A DNA stretch of 27,266 bases from contig CAMPBN010000001.1 of assembly GCA_946638265.1 (NCBI GenBank), forward strand, positions 1 through 27,266. Reading direction: 5' to 3'. The notes beneath the pieces were generated by a model, which worked only from the letters and a program-made list of their open reading frames with translations, was not told the DNA's origin and made no database searches. Made by a program: the position numbers and the translations under genes. Origin of the DNA: an uncultured Bacillota bacterium (GTDB lineage: Bacteria > Bacillota > Clostridia > Peptostreptococcales > Anaerovoracaceae). This document shows, piece after piece, positions 24,040-27,266 of this stretch. Numbering within the stretch: position 1 is the first letter of the stretch; each line of letters opens with the position of its first letter.

Positions 24040-24291
24040 TTACTTTTCTGACGGCGGGTTTTCCGTATATCCCCATTCCCGCAATATTTCAAGAGCCTCC
24101 GCTTCGTCTATGCTACGCAAGCACTCCCAACAGCCCTGCCCCAAATATATTGCCCGACAGTATAATTCGTCCTTGTAATCAGGTCTTGGCGTAAGATGGC
24201 TCCAGCATTCATCACCTTTGTGCAAAATCTCCGGGCCCTCTCCGATATAGCGAATCAGCACATCTTTATCAAAATAGTCATACCAATACAT
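24040..24291 (-). CDS. Hypothetical 83-aa protein
   Basis: AAGGGGG RBS; aromatic-rich, RAIYLGQGCWE. Confidence 0.7.
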   Translation of the reverse strand: MYWYDYFDKDVLIRYIGEGPEILHKGDECWSHLTPRPDYKDELYCRAIYLGQGCWECLRSIDEAEALEILREWGYTENPPSEK

Positions 24292-24313
24292 CTGTCGTCC
24301 CCCTTCTTAATTC

Positions 24314-24397
24314 TCACCACTTTATCTTTAATAATTTGTAGATCGCAACTACACATACGAGCAAACACCATTCAAAAAACCTGAACATTCTAATCAT
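24314..24397 (-). CDS. 27-aa hydrophobic small protein MIRMFRFFEWCLLVCVVAIYKLLKIKW
   Basis: Not in the ORF track; AAAGGAGGT 6 nt before ATG; stop 22 nt before the next gene. Confidence 0.55.
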   Translation of the reverse strand: MIRMFRFFEWCLLVCVVAIYKLLKIKW

Positions 24398-24516
24398 CGG
24401 GCGACCTCCTTTGTTAACATAACCTCTTAAATACAACCTTTCTCTTCACTTTTTATTGTATTCAGGTCGTGTCCGTTAAAACGTACTTTCCGGAAGTTGC
24501 CCGCAGGATTCCATAC

Positions 24517-24543
24517 AAAAAAGAGACCCTGTGGTCTCTTTTC
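24517..24543. terminator. Intrinsic terminator after the flavin-enzyme genes
   Basis: AAAAAAGAGACC-CTGT-GGTCTCTTTT. Confidence 0.8.
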
Positions 24544-24551
24544 TAATTTCA

Positions 24552-25067
24552 TCACACCTCCAGGTGCTGGCGGATGGCGAAGCCTTCCTTTTTCAGCGCC
24601 GAGTCCAGGTAGTCATAAGCGGCCGGGGCCACCTTGATCAGGTGCATGGCGTGGGGCAGCTTCCGCATCGCATCTTCGGGGATTTTCTTGAATTCCAGCA
24701 CGCGCAGGTATTCCGCCGAAAACGGCTCCACCATCTCCGCAGTGCCGGTGACCTGAAGGCCTTTCAACTTACCAAATCCGCCGTAGGATTCGTATATGGC
24801 GATTCCCACATTTTCGTTTTCCTTCAGGGCGCGAAATTTCAGGCCGCCCTCGGAGAGGAAATAGAACCATCCGTCCAAAAAATTATATTCTATCGGCGTG
24901 TTGCGCACAAAATCCCCGTCCGCCGAGGCCGTAGCCAGGGCGCAGGTGTTGTTCGCCGTGATAAACTCTTCGATTCGCGCCTTCAGCGCCTGAGGTTCCA
25001 TATGCGCGCTGTCCCGGTCCTTTTCTTCCCAGTAACGCGCCGCTTCGTCATAATTCATCGTCCACAT
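24552..25067 (-). CDS. Pyridoxamine 5'-phosphate oxidase-like FMN-binding protein
   Basis: NTCALAT...RNTPIEY...FLSEGGLKF...GLQVTG; GGAGG RBS. Confidence 0.85.
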   Translation of the reverse strand: MWTMNYDEAARYWEEKDRDSAHMEPQALKARIEEFITANNTCALATASADGDFVRNTPIEYNFLDGWFYFLSEGGLKFRALKENENVGIAIYESYGGFGKLKGLQVTGTAEMVEPFSAEYLRVLEFKKIPEDAMRKLPHAMHLIKVAPAAYDYLDSALKKEGFAIRQHLEV

Positions 25068-25088
25068 ACTGTTCCTCCCGCGGAAAAT

Positions 25089-25634
25089 CTACCTGTACGT
25101 CAGCAGCTCTGCCACTTCTTTGCGCTTTGGCGCTTCCGGAGACTCGGCCGGGTAGCCGCAAGCGATGATGGCGCCCAGTGCCTGGTCTTCCGGCAGGTCG
25201 ATGACTTTTCGTACCGCCTCTTCATCGAAATACCCCAGGATGACCGTGCCGATGCCTTGGTCCTCTGCGGCCAGGCAGAAAGTCTGAGCTGCGATGCCGG
25301 CGTCAAAATTTTGCCAGCCGGAGCCGGTCGGTGTGCTGTAAGAGCCGTCCTTTTCAAAGCCGGAGCGGCCTTTCACATATGTCAGCAATACAATGGCGGT
25401 TGCGCCTTCCAGAGTGCGCAGATTGTATTTAAAATCAAAAACGCATTCCGGGGTCGCCAATGCACAGCGAAGCTCCGGATCTGCCACCACAATGTATCTC
25501 ACTATCTGGGTGTTCTTCCAGCTGGGTGCAAATCGTGCAACATCCACGATTTTTTCCATTGCCTCCCGCGGAATCTCCCTGTCTTCAAAGCGCCTGATGC
25601 TGCGCCTGCTTTTTACCACTGTCTCAAAATCCAT
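25089..25634 (-). CDS. Nitroreductase family protein
   Basis: RRSIRRF, APSWKNTQ, DAGIAAQTFCLAA, GYP. Confidence 0.92.
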   Translation of the reverse strand: MDFETVVKSRRSIRRFEDREIPREAMEKIVDVARFAPSWKNTQIVRYIVVADPELRCALATPECVFDFKYNLRTLEGATAIVLLTYVKGRSGFEKDGSYSTPTGSGWQNFDAGIAAQTFCLAAEDQGIGTVILGYFDEEAVRKVIDLPEDQALGAIIACGYPAESPEAPKRKEVAELLTYR

Positions 25635-25700
25635 TTTTTATTCCCTTTCTTTGCGCATATTTAAGGGAGCTCGCGCTCCCGTCGTCTGTTCCTGCGGACA

Positions 25701-25925
25701 TTATACCACTTTCCCCAGCGCGCTGACAACGGCGGCGATGACGGCCACTATGATGACCAGCGGCAGCGCCCCGTAGATGATCCCGGCGATGGCCAGAACG
25801 ATCAGAATGACCGGGCCCAAGACGCAGAATATGATTTTCATTAAGCCCCAGGTGGCCTGGAGAGCGAACAATACCAGCTTCCAGCCAATATAGAGCATCA
25901 AGATTGTAAATAAAAAAGTCAGCAT
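25701..25925 (-). CDS. Small membrane protein
   Basis: Almost wholly hydrophobic 74 aa; GGGGGAG RBS. Confidence 0.75.
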   Translation of the reverse strand: MLTFLFTILMLYIGWKLVLFALQATWGLMKIIFCVLGPVILIVLAIAGIIYGALPLVIIVAVIAAVVSALGKVV

Positions 25926-26213
25926 TTTCGCTCCCCCCTTCTAAAGATATATGTAAAACACTCCTCTTGAACAGTTTTGGTTAACTTTGATTTTCGCTGC
26001 AGTTCAGCGGAAACTCATTTGGACGCTCCGCTGAATGAACAACATATATAGTCCAAATGAGATATTCTATTTTCCGGAAAAACCGCTCTCCCAGAAGACG
26101 ATCATTTCATAGAGCGATTTTTTATTTCCTTTGATGGCTCTATTATATGATGTCCGGCCCGCCGAATATATATCTGCTATGGCGAATTAGGGGCCTTTAT
26201 TTTGCGGATTTTG

Positions 26214-26242
26214 TGGAAAAAGATTCTATATTTGGATATAAT
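26214..26242 (+). promoter_or_regulatory. Promoter for the XRE regulator
   Basis: TGGAAA-17 bp-TATAAT. Confidence 0.5.
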
Positions 26243-26285
26243 GCTAGCTAGTAGAATGCTTTTCGGTTCTCACGGAGGAAAAATT

Positions 26286-26756
26286 ATGGGCAAAAAATCG
26301 ACTAAAGAAAACAAAAACATCTACCAGCAGGCTCGCGAAGACGTTGGAATGACTCGCGCCGACGTGGAAGATGCCACCGGCGGTGTACTGTCCGCCAGCA
26401 TTGTTGAGAAAATTGAAAGCGGCAAGAAGGTCGCAGAGCCCGAGGACGTCATCCGGATGGCGGAAGTCTACCGCAAGCCCGAGCTTTGCAATTACTTCTG
26501 CACCAGGGAATGCCCCATCGGGCGGAAATATGTGCCGGAAGTGGAAACCATCCACGACCTGCCGCAAATCACCATGGAACTTCTGTCCAATTTGAACGCT
26601 CTGAATCGTGACAAGGACCGAATCATAGATATCGCTGCGGACGGGCAGATTACCGTCGACGAGCGCGAGGACTTTGAAGCCTTCCGCGCCCATCTTTCGG
26701 AAATGTCCCTTGCCATCGAGACTTTGAAACTCTGGGTGGACAGGGAACTTTCGTAA
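26286..26756 (+). CDS. XRE-family HTH transcriptional regulator with helical C-terminal domain
   Basis: Start ATG 26286 after GGAGG; AREDVGMTRA...SIVEKIESG HTH; CxxxC (CTREC). Confidence 0.8.
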   Translation: MGKKSTKENKNIYQQAREDVGMTRADVEDATGGVLSASIVEKIESGKKVAEPEDVIRMAEVYRKPELCNYFCTRECPIGRKYVPEVETIHDLPQITMELLSNLNALNRDKDRIIDIAADGQITVDEREDFEAFRAHLSEMSLAIETLKLWVDRELS

Positions 26757-26761
26757 TTCGC

Positions 26762-27266
26762 CTACTTTTCCAGCAGTGCCTCCAGAAAATCGAAAGCCTT
26801 TTGGTTGCGCGGGCGAGGGTATCTGGCGCGGGCCACGTCGATTTCTCTTTTCGCATCTTCCTCGCGCCCTTCATATATCATGGCAAAAATTCGCAAGCTC
26901 GCCACGGACGGCCCGAAATTTTCGCTGAGCCCGATGGCCAGGAACGCTTCTTTTCCCGCATTCCAGATCTCCATCGTCTTTTCCACTTCGCCCAGATGCA
27001 TGGATATAATGGCGTCGTTCAGCTCGTAGATCAGGCGGTAGCGGGCCCGGAGTTTTTGCGGGTCCAGGGCGTGCAGCTGCGATTTCGCAGTCTCGTAGTC
27101 GTCCATGTCGCAATACGCTACGGCGCTATTGATGCAGAATACTGTCCGGAGGGCCCGCGATTTCGCACCGCCCAGCAGTTCGGTCAGCTTCTCCAGATAT
27201 TTGCGCGGATCCTCTTCGTCATACAAAATCGGCAGCAACGCATTCACTTCTTCCGCCATCCGTTTC
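26762..27266 (-). CDS. C-terminal part of a TPR-like helical protein; probably extends beyond the right edge
   Basis: Frame is open to the window end (K-R-M...); INSAVAYCDMDDYETAKSQL TPR-like helices. Confidence 0.55.
   Translation of the reverse strand, partial: KRMAEEVNALLPILYDEEDPRKYLEKLTELLGGAKSRALRTVFCINSAVAYCDMDDYETAKSQLHALDPQKLRARYRLIYELNDAIISMHLGEVEKTMEIWNAGKEAFLAIGLSENFGPSVASLRIFAMIYEGREEDAKREIDVARARYPRPRNQKAFDFLEALLEK

Noticed and set aside
24531-25664. 377-aa + strand ORF
   Set aside because: Antisense to two clearly recognisable flavin-enzyme genes.

Overview
Genomic window from a Firmicutes/Clostridia-type bacterium (AGGAGG ribosome-binding sites, sigma-A promoters, PyrR attenuator); most genes are on the minus strand. 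Left part: a partial membrane sensor gene missed by the ORF track (1..1408), an SGNH hydrolase, and a pyrC-pyrK-pyrD-pyrF-pyrE-pyrB-pyrI operon with a clear PyrR-type leader. Middle part is accessory: a PD-(D/E)XK-like nuclease gene with tandem hairpin repeats in its leader and a decayed paralog fragment at its stop, a double-cystatin-motif lipoprotein, an orphan FliD-like gene, a paralogous membrane pair, an MqsR/MqsA-like TA module, an XRE-desulfoferrodoxin fusion, a TIGR02452 macrodomain gene, DUF1653, and an islet (rhuM relic, HTH gene, ORF6N gene) with conspicuous palindromes. About 17.85-23.9 kb is an AT-rich candidate defence island (spot counts 33-35% GC versus about 60% in pyrD): two tandem DUF262 genes (one with a DUF1524/HNH tail), two small unknowns, a wHTH-helical protein and Nmad3. 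Right part: a 27-aa ORF plus 83-aa gene between repeated terminator-like sequences, flavin enzymes, a small membrane protein, an XRE regulator and a partial TPR-like gene. Best leads: the covarying 29-bp palindrome found both upstream of and inside the ORF6N gene, and the DUF262/Nmad3 island. All family calls come from recalled motifs; no database search was run.
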